A stretch of 46,567 bases of DNA from Octopus sinensis (lineage: Eukaryota). The stretch is taken from the NCBI RefSeq assembly GCF_006345805.1, contig NW_021836860.1:1-46567 (forward strand). The letters are read 5' to 3'. The notes beneath the pieces were generated by a model that saw only the letters and a program-made list of their open reading frames with translations, made no database searches and was not told where the DNA came from. The translations under genes were made by a program, and so were the position numbers. Below are positions 11,185 to 22,958 of the stretch, one piece after another. Within the stretch, counting starts at the first letter, position 1, and each line of letters begins with the position of its first letter.

Positions 11185-11505
11185 GTCATTTAACCCTATT
11201 ATCTCCCCTAATTTCGCTCTTGCGTCTCACGTTTGATCTTTGACTTCTGGCCGAAATCAGATCGCCATGTTGATTCGTTAGCCTCTGCACGTATATTTTT
11301 TTCTCTCCTTCTTTCTGTGTTTTTTCTCTGTGTATCTTTCTGTTGAAGAGCGTAGGCTCGAAACGTTAAAGACTTGTTTTATTTATATTTCCTGAGCGCC
11401 ATACTAATACAATTGTTTGTTTGTATTCCACCTGCTTTCGTCTTTGTTTATTTCCGTAAACCTGCCTTCGTCTTTTGTCTATTTTCATAAAGCTTCCCGT
11501 TATAT
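11185..11505 (+). mobile_element. Penelope-like element terminal (pLTR-like) fragment
   Basis: Pyrimidine-rich terminus with a hammerhead-shaped motif, ending in (TA)n. Homologous to 43411-43700 (-). Confidence 0.55.
11335..11372 (+). ncRNA. Minimal type I hammerhead-like motif, A6U core variant
   Basis: ucuuu-CUGUUGA-A-gagc(guag)gcuc-GAAA-C|GU-U-aaaga: 5-bp stem I, 4-bp stem II, loopless palindromic stem III (AACGUU). Confidence 0.55.
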
Positions 11506-11512
11506 ATATATA

Positions 11513-11543
<31 letters not shown>

Positions 11544-11755
11544 GCAATAATAATTCTCTAAATGAGATATAGACAGTACTGCTCATAACATAAGGGACTA
11601 AAGCCATCTGAATATGGCTAGGACAGGGCAGGGTGGTGGGGGTGTTACTGTTGCATTTAGCCCCAGGCGAACATCAACGTCGCCAGATAGGCTTGACACC
11701 ATCACGGCGCCTTTATCCTGCAAAGGGAGATAATTCCCCGATGAAGCGGAAACCA

Positions 11756-11801
11756 CACACGGACCTAGGTTTCAAGGTGTATTGCCTATCATCAACGTGT
11801 G
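11756..11801 (-). ncRNA. Type I hammerhead ribozyme motif (left arm of palindrome)
   Basis: Reverse complement of the 12247-12292 motif. Predicted cleavage after 11762 on the minus strand. Confidence 0.7.
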
Positions 11802-12246
11802 GTAGGCCCCCGCTTCCTCGACGAACAACTCACTCTGCAGGATATTTATATATAGATTTTCAAGCAAAATACATTTGCTGATTTCGAAAATCTGTTCGAC
11901 AGCAATATAATTCTCTAAATGAGATATAGACAGTAACTGCTCCATAACATAAGGGACTAAAGCCATCTGAATATGGCTAGGACAGGGCAGGGTGTGTGGG
12001 GGTGTTACTGTTGCATTTATGTCGCCTGGCGAAATGCAACAGTAACACCCCCCACCTGCCCTGTTCCTAGCCATATTCAGATGGCTTTAGTCCCTTATGT
12101 TATGGAGCAGTTACTGTCTATATCTCATTTAGAGAATTATTATTGCTGTCGAACAGATTTTCGAAATCAGCAATGTATTTTGCTTGAAAATCTATATATA
12201 AATATCCTGACAGAGTGAGTTGTTCGTCGAGGAAGCGGGGGCCTAC

Positions 12247-12292
12247 CACACGTTGATGATAGGCAATACACCTTGAAACCTAGGTCCGTGTG
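12247..12292 (+). ncRNA. Type I hammerhead ribozyme motif (right arm of palindrome)
   Basis: cacacg-UUGAUGA-u-agg(caauaca)ccu-u-GAAA-C(cuag)GU-C-cgugug: 6-bp stem I, stem II, palindromic stem III ACCUAGGU, GUC cleavage after 12286. C3 is U. Confidence 0.7.
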
Positions 12293-12461
12293 TGGTTTCC
12301 GCTTCATCGGGGAATTATCTCCCTTTGCAGGATAAAGGACGCCGTGATGGTGTCAAGCCTATCTGGCGACGTTGATGTTCGCCTGGGGCTAAATGCAACA
12401 GTAACACCCCCACCACCCTGCCCTGTCCCTAGCCATATTCAGATGGCTTTAGTCCCTTATG

Positions 12462-12517
<56 letters not shown>

Positions 12518-12861
12518 CAGAGTAAATCTATTTGCCGTCGTAAATTGCCAATCCTGGTTAGTATGATGTTTTTAGCCCCAGGAAATCACCTTTTCCAGCT
12601 GGCTACCGATCCACTACTGCGTCCTTATACTTCGAACAAGGGAGCTAATGTCCCGACTCAGACTTAAATGGAACTTGCAGATCATGGTTTCTGGATTATT
12701 TCACTTCATCGACACAGGATAACCGTTGGCTCCAGATGGCAGCACTAGGTCTTGCTCCAGTTATATACTTTTAAAGTGACACAGAGACACTCATCTCGTA
12801 AAATGGGAAACATTTAGTTTTAAGTTTCGTTAGAGGTATACACCTTCAAAAGTATATGTTT

Positions 12862-13076
12862 ATTTTACCTTTACTTGTTTCAGTCATTTCACAGCAGCCA
12901 TGCCGTAGCACCCACTTTAGTCAAACGAATCGACTCCAGGACATATTCTTTGTAAGCTTAGTTCTTATTCTCTCGGTCACTTTTCATGAAATGTTAAGTT
13001 ACAGGGAGGTAAACACACTAACATCGGCTGTCAAGTGATGGTGGGGAAACCAAAACATACACATACACACACACAC

Positions 13077-13131
<55 letters not shown>

Positions 13132-13288
13132 GTATACGACCGGCTATTTTCAGTTTCGGTCTACCAATCAACTCACACGAGTTAGTTGACCCGAGGATAT
13201 TGTAGAGGACACTTACCGAATGTGCCACGATGTCGGACCAAACTAGGAACCATGTGGTTGGTAAGCAAGTTTCTTACCACACAGCCAC
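12862..13288 (-). mobile_element. SINE family B, full length, degraded
   Basis: Tail ttacttgtttcagtcattt...gccatgc, internal (TA)n, head ...ggaaccatgtggttggtaagcaagtttcttaccacacagcc. Confidence 0.85.
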
Positions 13289-13649
13289 ACACACAGACAT
13301 ATATATAGATATAGATATAGATAGATAGATACATACATACATACATACATACATACATACATACATACATACATACATACATAAACACACACACACAAAC
13401 AGACACACACGCTCACATACACATACGTCAACTCAATGTATATTTACAATGCCGTCTCACGTATCTTATGCATTTTGCACTTTATATATATATATAAGTG
13501 TGTTTGTATGTGTCTGAGGGTGTGTTTGTACGTTTTTGTTCATTGCTTGATCGAAAGTGAAATAGATAGAGATGGACTGTCCAGTGAACCCCCCTTAATC
13601 TGTCTCAATATCTCGGAATGTAACACTTCTGCTATAAATACATATGCAC

Positions 13650-13716
<67 letters not shown>

Positions 13717-13717
13717 C

Positions 13718-13773
<56 letters not shown>

Positions 13774-14313
13774 TGTGTGTGTATGTATACAACTTAATTA
13801 TATATACGCATCTTAAGGTCTGTTTATTTATCGAACAATCAATCAGGTTAATAAATCATCAATCATTTAGATAGTTCTCTACGCACACATGTATGCAGAC
13901 ACAACACACACACACATACATACGCTTACACAAAGGCACGCACACGTACACACACACACACGTATTCATATATATACACATATATATATATATACATACA
14001 CGTATATATATGCATATAAATATATATAAAGTGTATACATATATAAAGATAATATAAATGTATATATACATATAAAGTATAGATATATACATACACACAC
14101 ACCACACACATATATATATATATAATATATATATATATATGAGGTTGTGTGTGTGAGAGAGAGAGAGAGATAGTTTGTGTGTGTATGCAAGTAAATATCT
14201 TGTTTGTATGCTTAAATATGTTCGTGTACCAAAACATATACGCGAATGTATATGTATTTATATGTGTGTGTGTGTGCGTGTGTGCGCGCGCGCGTGTTTT
14301 TCTGTATTATATA

Positions 14314-14344
<31 letters not shown>

Positions 14345-14401
14345 TGCACATATATATATATATATGTACCTATATATATATGTCTACACAAGCACACACA
14401 T

Positions 14402-14432
<31 letters not shown>

Positions 14433-14632
14433 CATACATACTTTCACATACATACACATACATACATACATACATACACACATACATACATACATACATA
14501 CATACTTGCACATATATATCTACAAGTACATACATACATACATACATACATACATACATACATACATACATACATACATACATACATACTTGCACATACA
14601 TATCTACAAATACATACATACATACATACATC
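13289..14632. repeat. Compound (TACA)n/(TA)n/(TG)n microsatellite field with short unique islands
   Basis: Direct reading. Confidence 0.9.
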
Positions 14633-14974
14633 TGCCTTCACCCGGTTGTGCTCCGCTTGTGTAACATAAATCCTGACCACTTGAACTCCTGTTACTCCCC
14701 AGTGTTAGATACTCTATCATAGAGCTGACAGTTGATAGTTTGACAGCCATTCCATGATGACCAGTCTCATTGACCACTAACCTCTTGCGACACTACTCCG
14801 TCCATTTCTCGACACTATCAACCCACACCCCTCTTGACCACACTGGTCAGACTTGCTTAATGGAAATAATCTCGTTCTTGCTTAATCCTGTCTCTTTCTT
14901 TCACCCTCTCCTCCTCTCCCTGTCTCTCCTTTATCTTATCCTATCTGTCTATCTATGAATCTATCAATTTATTT

Positions 14975-14975
14975 A

Positions 14976-15007
<32 letters not shown>

Positions 15008-15113
15008 CTCTCTCTCTCTCCTCTCTCTCTATATAATATATATATATATATATCTGATATCTGTTATGTATGTATATTTGTAGATAGATAAAGAGACAGA
15101 TAGAAATACAGAC

Positions 15114-15152
<39 letters not shown>

Positions 15153-15171
15153 TAGACATATAGATAGATAA

Positions 15172-15241
<70 letters not shown>

Positions 15242-15242
15242 G
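14975..15242. repeat. (CT)n, (TA)n, (GACA)n to (GATA)n gradient
   Basis: Direct reading. Confidence 0.95.
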
Positions 15243-15328
15243 GGATATTACATATATATTATTCAACTCTTACTCGAATGCGAGTTAAGCCGACCACGAC
15301 AATAATATATGTGTGTTTGTGTTATATG

Positions 15329-15372
<44 letters not shown>

Positions 15373-15895
15373 GTGTGTGTGTTTGTACTTTTCAGCTCCC
15401 TGATGTCTGTTACTTTCTTACTACTCTCGTCTCTTTCCGTGAATATCACACTCTCTCTTTCTTTCTCTCTTTCTCTCGCTTAGAAACTCCCTCGTCGCTT
15501 CCTCTCTCTCTCTCTCGTGACTCTATTTTGCCTTCTCCCTCTTCTTCTTCTACCTTACTTCTCTAAAAGTCGCACACACACACATACACACACATACTCA
15601 CACATACACACACGTACTCGCACGCGTGCACATACGATAATGATATGTTTTAGTGACACGTGTGGCTGTACGCAGGTGTGGCCAGCTGGTTAAGAACTTT
15701 GCTTCCAATCATTAGGACACAAGTTCAAATACATTGAGTGACATCTCGACATCTTGGTCATGTCTCCGTTGAACTGACCCAAGTCTAGAAACTATGCAAA
15801 TTTCTTAGACACTGTTCGTAACAATAGTCAAAAAAGATAACTAAGTTTCAAATTCTATCGTACTGATTCTGCAGAGACTTATGTTAATAATACGC

Positions 15896-16057
15896 AGGCG
15901 CAGGAGTGGCTGTGTGGTAAGTAGCTTGCTTCCCAACCACATGGTTCCGGGTTCAGTCCCACCGTGTCGCACCTTGGGCAAGTGTCTTCAACTATAGCTT
16001 CGGGCCGACCAAAGCCTTGTGAGTGGATTCGGTGGAGAGGAACTGAAATAGTCCGTC

Positions 16058-16101
<44 letters not shown>

Positions 16102-16304
16102 GTTTGTGTGTGTGTGTATGCCTGACAACAGATGCTAGTGTGTCTACATCCCTGTAACGTAGCGGTTCGGCAAAAGAGCCGATAGAATAAGTACTAGGCT
16201 TACAAAGAATAAGTCTTCGGTTGGATTTTCTTGACTAAGAGATGTGCGCCAGCATAGCCGCATTCAAATGACCGAAACAAGTAAAAGAGTAAAATAGTAA
16301 AAGA
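15896..16304 (+). mobile_element. SINE family B, full length
   Basis: aggcgcaggagtggctgtgtggtaagtagcttgcttcccaaccacatggttccgggttcagtccc...gaaacaagtaaaagagtaaaa. Confidence 0.92.
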
Positions 16305-16559
16305 GGTTTACGGATTATTCAGCTAGTGAGATAGACCGGTTGTAGAAATACAACAGCCATCGTGGCAACCGACGAAGACCCGTAAACTTTAAACAGTTTC
16401 AGTCATGTGACTATGGTCATAGTTTGGTAATACCAGAGGCATGTGTACTTAAGGAACTGATCGTTATTGGTTGAAGTTGTCAGACAGGGGACCTTAAGGA
16501 ACACCATAAAGAATGACGTCGGTTTCTAGATGATCGTAAACATAAACTAACAAACTGAC

Positions 16560-16579
16560 AGACACACGCAAACACAAAC

Positions 16580-16612
<33 letters not shown>

Positions 16613-16978
16613 TACACACAAACACGTGCTGTCATGCCTCAAACGCCCTTCCAACATACAATAGATAGTAATTTATTTAAATTCCCATCAATCAAACATG
16701 TCTTCAATTTTTTTTTGCGTTCGTTGATTTGATTTCCCTGATATACAAACATGTTTGTTTGTGTGTGTGTGTATGTGTGTGTGTGTATGTGTGCGTGTGT
16801 GTGTGTATTTATTTAGGTGTTTTGTAACAGTCTACGCATGCTTGCACTTGTACGTCTACACTTACACATACAGTGGGTCACACACTCAGTATGACTGATG
16901 TAACAAACACATACGCCCGAACACCCACACATATATATATATGTACATGTATATCTATATATACATGCAAACATGGAT

Positions 16979-17029
<51 letters not shown>

Positions 17030-17480
17030 ATGTGCGTGTGTGTATGTACGTGTGTGTATATATGTATGTATATATATATAAATATATATATACATATATA
17101 CGTATATATACACACATATATGCATACATTATATATACATACATACGCATTTATATATATACATATATATATACACGCATATATTTATATATATATACAC
17201 ATACATATATATATGTATATGTATGTATGACTGTGTGTATGTATGTATGCATGTATGAATGTGTGTATGTATGCCAAAATATGTACGTTCATAACTAGAA
17301 TTTCGTTAACCTTCCAAATGTTTGCCATGATTTACCGTTCTCAGTGAGACATACATATGTGATATTGTGTGCACGTGTATGTATACACACACACTCATAG
17401 ATACATGCACACACATCAACACACTCATACAGACACATACACACACGCACAAATACACGCACGCATACACACTAAATGAA
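16560..17480. repeat. Compound (CA)n/(TA)n/(TATG)n field
   Basis: Direct reading. Confidence 0.9.
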
Positions 17481-17859
17481 GCACATAGGTGGAAAAATAA
17501 ATAGTACCCGGATACCAAATGCTAGAGTAATATATTATCTTAGTAAACTTTTAAAATGTCTTCAAACTGTTACTCAGCTTTTCACGTGACCTTTAATTAG
17601 ACAGTTATGATAATTCACAGTATTATCCCAACAGTCAGATGTGTGCGTATATGTGTGTATTTTACACAGACACATAGATACGTGCGCGTGTGTCTGTGTG
17701 TGCATTTATATAAAAAGCCAATTAAACACAAGCTTGAGTGTAATTACATAGAATATAAATAAACAAAAGGAATGATGTCATAGTCATATCTTGACAGCTG
17801 TTTCGGTTGAAGCATGCCATATGCCATCTTCATGTCCATTATTTAATAGGGGCATAAAT

Positions 17860-18075
17860 GGGCGAGCTGGCCGAAACGTTTGTGCGCCGAAGAAAATACT
17901 GAAAGGCATTTCTTCCGACTTTACGTTTTCAGTTCAAATTCGATGTTGATGTCGACATTACCTTTCATCCTTTCGTAGTCGATAAATTAAGTACTATTCG
18001 AGCATAGGGGTTGATATAATAGCCTATGTTCCTCCATCAAAACTCCAAGCCTTGTGTCAATAGTAGAATGAATTA
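17860..18075 (+). mobile_element. SINE family A, diverged
   Basis: gggcgagctggccgaaacgttt...agttcaaattc...acctttcatcctttcgtagtcgataaattaagtac...tagtagaatg. Confidence 0.85.
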
Positions 18076-18099
18076 TGTTATAAATACTGTTAATAACGG

Positions 18100-19000
18100 A
18101 AATCTATAGACTAATACAAATGTTAACAGATCCATGTACGGAAATCATGACCACCATCAGAAAATTCCTGCTAAACTATTTTGCTTGAGAAGACGCCTGG
18201 CTTAATGACTAACTGTGGCTGAGGGGTGGAATCCCGAAGCACTAATGTTAGCCGCGCAGAAACAAGACGTTAGGACGAATTTGATAAAGTTGGATAAACC
18301 TTATGTCGCTCATTTCGATATTATTTTGTAATTCTATAATCGTACTGTCATGAGTTCAAGTCCCGGTAAGATACTTTACTTATCCTTGCGCTAGTCCATT
18401 CAACTGGCAAAAATTAATTTAACTAGCAATTCAGAAACCATTCTGTTTCACGCCTAGATTTGCAACTCAGCAGAATATATACGTAACTTTCTACCGCATT
18501 TACATTTTTAGTATGTCCTTCCTTTATTTTGAGTTTGTTAAATTAGTTTTGACTGCTGTTTCTAACTGATCACGTGATAGACCAGTTACATACTTGCTCC
18601 TGAGCTTCTACAATCGATAAAAAAATTGATAGCAGGCCTATTGATTCTTCTATATTCGTAGATGGTGGAAATCTATAGTATATCAAGAGTGAAGTGTATG
18701 CCAATACTGTTCCGCTTGGTTAAACAGAAGCTCACAAGATAGCGATGAGGGGCGGTGAGCGGTGGAGAGCGGCGGAGGAGGAACGGTGAAGGGCGGGTTT
18801 GCGATGTAAAATGATTCCGGAAAGACTCGGTTAAAATCTACAGTGTATGGGTTTGTGTGTGGAGTGTTTCTATAGGAGGGGAGCCGGTCAGGTGATTTAT
18901 TTGGCAGTATCAAGTGCATGTGTGTCGACAAGAACGATAAGTCTTCGAGAGGTGATGGTGCAGGCTGGAGGGCGGGAGACGAATCTATATCAGTTAACTA
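18100..19000 (-). pseudogene. Degraded 3' end of CR1/L2-group-like LINE, interrupted at about 18340-18690
   Basis: 18113-18340 is homologous to 21380-21580 (actaactgtggctga.gggtggaatcccgaag...gaatttgataaagtt..ataaac.ttatgtcgctcattt). Minus-strand peptide ...HTNPYTV...FNQAEQYWHTL resembles the LINE RT C-terminal H-P-Y...W-N-x-L-P pattern. Confidence 0.45.
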
Positions 19001-19077
19001 AGCAAACAACAACGAATAACCTAGGTATTAGAGCACAAATACATACACATATACACGCCTAACACATATACAGGAAC

Positions 19078-19456
19078 GTGGAGGCGCAATGGCCCACTGG
19101 TTAGGGCAGCGGACTCGCGATCGTAGGATCACAGTTTCGGTTCTCAGACCGGGCGTTGTGAGTGTTTATTGAACGAAAATGCCTAAAAGCTCCACGAGGC
19201 TCCGGCAGGGGGTGGCGAACCCTGCTGTATTCTTTCACCACAACTTTCTCTCGCTTTTTCTTCCAGTTTCTGTTGTACGTGTATTTCAAAGGGTCAGCCA
19301 TGTCACACTCTATGTCACGCTGAATCTCTCCGAGAACTACGTTAAGGGTACACGTGTCTGTGGAGTGCTCAGCCACTTTGCACATTAATTTCACGAGCAG
19401 GCAGTTCCGTTGATCGCTTCAATTGAAACCCTCGTCGTCGTAACAGACGGAGTGTC
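19078..19456 (+). mobile_element. SINE family C head with tail type 1, full length
   Basis: gtggaggcgcaatggcccactggttagggcagcggactcgcg...gagaactacgttaagggtacacg...ccctcgtcgtcgtaacagacggagtg. Confidence 0.9.
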
Positions 19457-19489
19457 ACGATACATGAACACAAACACATATACACATAC

Positions 19490-19940
19490 ACACAACGTGG
19501 TTTTGTGGGAAGAAGTTTGCTTTCCAGGCACCTGGTTCCGTGTTCGGTCCCATTGCGTGGTACCTTGGGAAAGTGTCTTCTAAATCCTTTCAGGTGGATT
19601 CGGACGACGGAAACTGAAGGAAGCGGTGAGCTGGCAGAAACGTTAGCACACCGGGCGAAATGCTCAGTGGTATTTTGTCTGCCGTTACGTTCTGAGTTCA
19701 AATTCCGCCGAGGTCGATTTTGCCTTTCATCCTTTCGGGGTCGATTAAATAAGTACCAGTTACGCACTGGGGTCGATATAATCGACTTAATCCGTTTGTC
19801 TGTCCTTGTTTGTTCCCTGTGTTTAGCCCCTTGTGGGTAGTAAAGAAAAAAGCGTTTTGTCTGCCGCTACGTTCTGAGTTCAAATTCCGCCGAGGTCGAC
19901 TTTGCTTTTCATCCTTTCCGGGTCGATTAAATAAATACCA
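19490..19940 (+). mobile_element. SINE B fragment followed by long-form SINE A plus partial second A unit
   Basis: The B body ends at gaaactgaaggaagc, then ggtgagctggcagaaacgttagcac... (19623-19850) and a repeated ctgccgctacgttctgagttcaaattccgccgagg unit (19855-19940). Confidence 0.85.
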
Positions 19941-20240
19941 AAGGGTTAATGTAGCACCGCGCTCTACGGTGCAAGCCCCCACTCCTGACCCGTCCTGATA
20001 TGCATTAAATTTATTTAGATTCCAACGATACAAACATTGACTCCATCTTATTTTATCGTTATTGTTTCTATTTATTTATTTGTGTTTTTTTTACCTCTTT
20101 TGATGTTGTATAAACTTACATTCTCGCAAAGACATTCCATGTTCGTAAGAACACTGGGGTATCATTTTTTTTTTACTATTTTTTAATCTCATGTCTTACA
20201 ATAGATGTCCATATTTTCAAATTTTGTTGTCTTTGCTGCT

Positions 20241-20611
20241 TGTTTGTTTGTTGAGCGAAGCGGTCTTCGTCCTGTAGTGGGAGAAGTCCGAAACGTGGTC
20301 CTTCGCTATTCGTAAGACCCGCAGAAGAGAAAGCAGGTCAACCCCCGACACCGAGAGCATCGACGGATGGATGAATGCGCATCCAGGCTTAGCGGTTGCG
20401 TAGGAAGGCGGGGATAAGAAACGGGAAGAAAGAATGAGAGAACGTTGGAGCGAATAGTACAACAGGGGTCGCCACCACCCCCTGCCGGAACCTCGTGGAC
20501 CTTTAGGTGTTTTCGCTCAATAAACACACACAACGCCCGGTCTGGGAATCGAAACTGCGATCCTCCGACCGCGAGTCCGCTGCCCTAACCACTGGGCCAT
20601 TGCGCCTCCAC
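20241..20611 (-). mobile_element. SINE family C head with tail type 3, flanked by 13-bp target-site duplication
   Basis: tgtctttgctgct at 20228-20240 and 20612-20624. Minus strand starts gtggaggcgcaatggcccagtggttaggg and ends (CAAA)n. Confidence 0.92.
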
Positions 20612-20846
20612 TGTCTTTGCTGCTGACGTATTAGTGCTGACAATCTCTTACTGCTACATCGGACGTGGATGGACTAAGTGAAGCACCTTTAACCCAAAAA
20701 GAATTGCTTGTAAAAACTGTATGTCCGAATCAATCAGCCGAAAGCAAGTTTGCCTTTTCAACACAGAGTCAAGAAGATACATTCTCGAATATTCTAAACT
20801 TTTTGGAGAGTAAAATGGACATAAAAAAGGTTTCTTCTATAGAATT

Positions 20847-21107
20847 TTCTGCTGTGTCTGGGGAGAGTCATTTTCTTTTTGTGCCTTATAATATAACACA
20901 CTCACCGGTAAAATTTCCACTTTTTTCTTATTTTTATTTTAATAAAAAATTTTATTTTTTATTTTGATAAAAAATTTTATTTTTTTATTTTAATAAAAAA
21001 TAAAAATAAAAAATAAAATAAAAATAAGAAAAAAGTGGAAATTTTACGGTGAGTGTGTTACATTATAAGGCACAAAAAGAAAATGACTCTCCCCAGACAC
21101 AACAGAA
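20847..21107. mobile_element. MITE / foldback element with ~90-bp terminal inverted repeats and A/T-only core
   Basis: tgtgtctggggagagtcattttctttttgtgccttataat...aaaatttccacttttttcttatttt is mirrored by aaaataagaaaaaagtggaaatttt...aaaatgactctccccagacaca. Confidence 0.88.
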
Positions 21108-21329
21108 TATGCTTCAACCGGTATAAAGAATCTTGCAAACCAAATCCAAAAACGAAATTCTATAAGATATATATTGTGAAATTCAATTATTTCGGGATCT
21201 CCGAGTAAAACAATCGACAGTTACAACAGCAATAACAACAACAACAACCACAGTAACAACAAAAACAACGAAAATTTTCGGCAGTTAGAAACGCCCATAG
21301 ATTTACAGAAAACTGTTGAAGAATTTAAT

Positions 21330-21880
21330 AACAGAAAGAAGAACAATATAAGTATCTGGAAAGAAATAGCAATAGATGGCCGATCCATGTAACAAACCTA
21401 GGATGTGGGAAATAGGATCACTAACTGTGGCTGACGGGTGGAATCCCGAAGAGAGAAACCGGAGCGCTAATGATAGCCGCGCAGGAAGAAGCCGTTCGGA
21501 GGAATTTGATAAAGTTGAATAAACTTTATGTCGCTCATTTTGTAGAAATTGGATATCATTTTGAAATTCTATAATGCTGCTTTGAGAGAGCAAATTGGTG
21601 AGGTTTGGTTCCTTTGAAAATATGAGGCTACATGTTTAAAAGAATAGCTTCAGTCACCCGTCTAATTGTTTCTGGTGGGTTAAGGATGGAATGAACAGGA
21701 GGAGTTTCAGCTCCTTAAATCTGATTTCAAATCCAAGGGTCTGGATAGCGATTGGAATGCTGCGTAGTGTTTGGGCGGGTGATGGGTTATTATGATGAGG
21801 CAGTAAGCGGAAGATGTTATAAAGTGCAGAGACGGGCAGAACAAGATGAGAGACGGCTAAAGAGGTGGCGATAAGATCGA
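21330..21880 (-). pseudogene. Degraded 3' end of CR1/L2-group-like LINE, second copy
   Basis: Homologous to 18113-18340. A minus frame reads SYRHLFSRL...TRPNTTQHSNRY...NPPETI with stops. Confidence 0.45.
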
Positions 21881-22204
21881 GAAACACTGTGGCTATCGCC
21901 TTTGTTGTTATTTCTGATATTGTTGTTGTTGTTGTTGTTGTTGTTGGCGCTGGAAATGGTGGTGGTGTTGGTGCTTGTTGTGGTGGTGTTGTTGGTGGTG
22001 GTTGTGTTGCTATTGACGTGGTTTGGCCAATAATAGAGTTCCTGGAACACAACATCAACATCACATGATAAGCGTTTCACTAAAAAGAGTGGCACCAACA
22101 TTCCTAGACTTGTCGGAAGATGCTTTCTTCTTTAACTTCCATCTCCTACGCTCTATTCACGCGCCTCCCCCTCAAAGCCAATCGCCTATACTTTCGATAG
22201 CACC

Positions 22205-22249
<45 letters not shown>

Positions 22250-22724
22250 TCACACATTCATAGACACACACGTATACACACACAGACAAGCGTACACATA
22301 CATACGTACACACACCCAAACACATTCAAACATTCATAGAAACACATACATACACATACACACACAGGCATACACAGGCACACACACACACAGGCGCACG
22401 CACACACACAAACACATTCACGCATTCATAGACTCACACGCATTCACACATAAACACACGCACACGCGCACACACACATACACATTCACATATTCATAGA
22501 CACACGCGCATATACACACACACCAAATACATTCACACATTCATAGACACACACGCATGCACACATTCGCATTCTCACAAAGACACACGTATATATATTA
22601 TCAATTACTTTCTGTTTTTCGTTCTCGCATTTTATTCGCTGTGAATTTCACGGAAACTCTCACTTTCCTCTTCACCTCCTATTCTTACTATCATATATGT
22701 ATATATACGGGATGTATGTATATC

Positions 22725-22756
<32 letters not shown>

Positions 22757-22881
22757 ATATATATATATAAATACACGCACACACACCACACACACACAAA
22801 TATAATATATATATATATATATTATTATATATATATATATAATATAAGTATACTATATATATACGAGATAGATAGATATAT

Positions 22882-22958
<77 letters not shown>

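Larger units (their letters stand above)
11543..12464. mobile_element. Palindromic insertion of a 358-bp hammerhead-bearing unit (retrozyme-like), flanked by (TA)n on both sides
   Basis: Arms 11586-12018 and 12032-12464 are reverse complements (433 bp each, 13-nt spacer). In the left arm, sequence at 11543 recurs at 11901 (period 358). Confidence 0.85.

Noticed and set aside
11725-11775. CCGATGA-agcg-GAAAC on the strand opposite the real hammerhead, suggesting ribozymes in both polarities
   Set aside because: No stem II can form from agcg, and I found no cleavage triplet with a matching stem I in either type I or type III topology.
11543-12464. CRISPR array or DNA-transposon TIR interpretation of the palindrome
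   Set aside because: There are no spacers or cas genes. The ends are asymmetric (left arm 43 bp longer) and the internal 358-bp periodicity plus ribozyme fit a retro-derived unit better.
14690-14870. Possible CR1 RT fragment (KWTE*CRKRLVVN on minus strand)
   Set aside because: Similarity is too short and degraded to support.
17788-17835. Minus-strand AUGAAGA...GAAAC-AGCU-GUC hammerhead-like remnant
   Set aside because: Stem III and GUC look right, but C3, stem I and stem II do not pair. At best a decayed Penelope-like terminus.
20254-20310. gcgaag...gtccGAAACgtgGTCcttcgc half-hammerhead in SINE tail 3
   Set aside because: It lacks a CUGANGA core and lies antisense to the SINE. It is just a hairpin.
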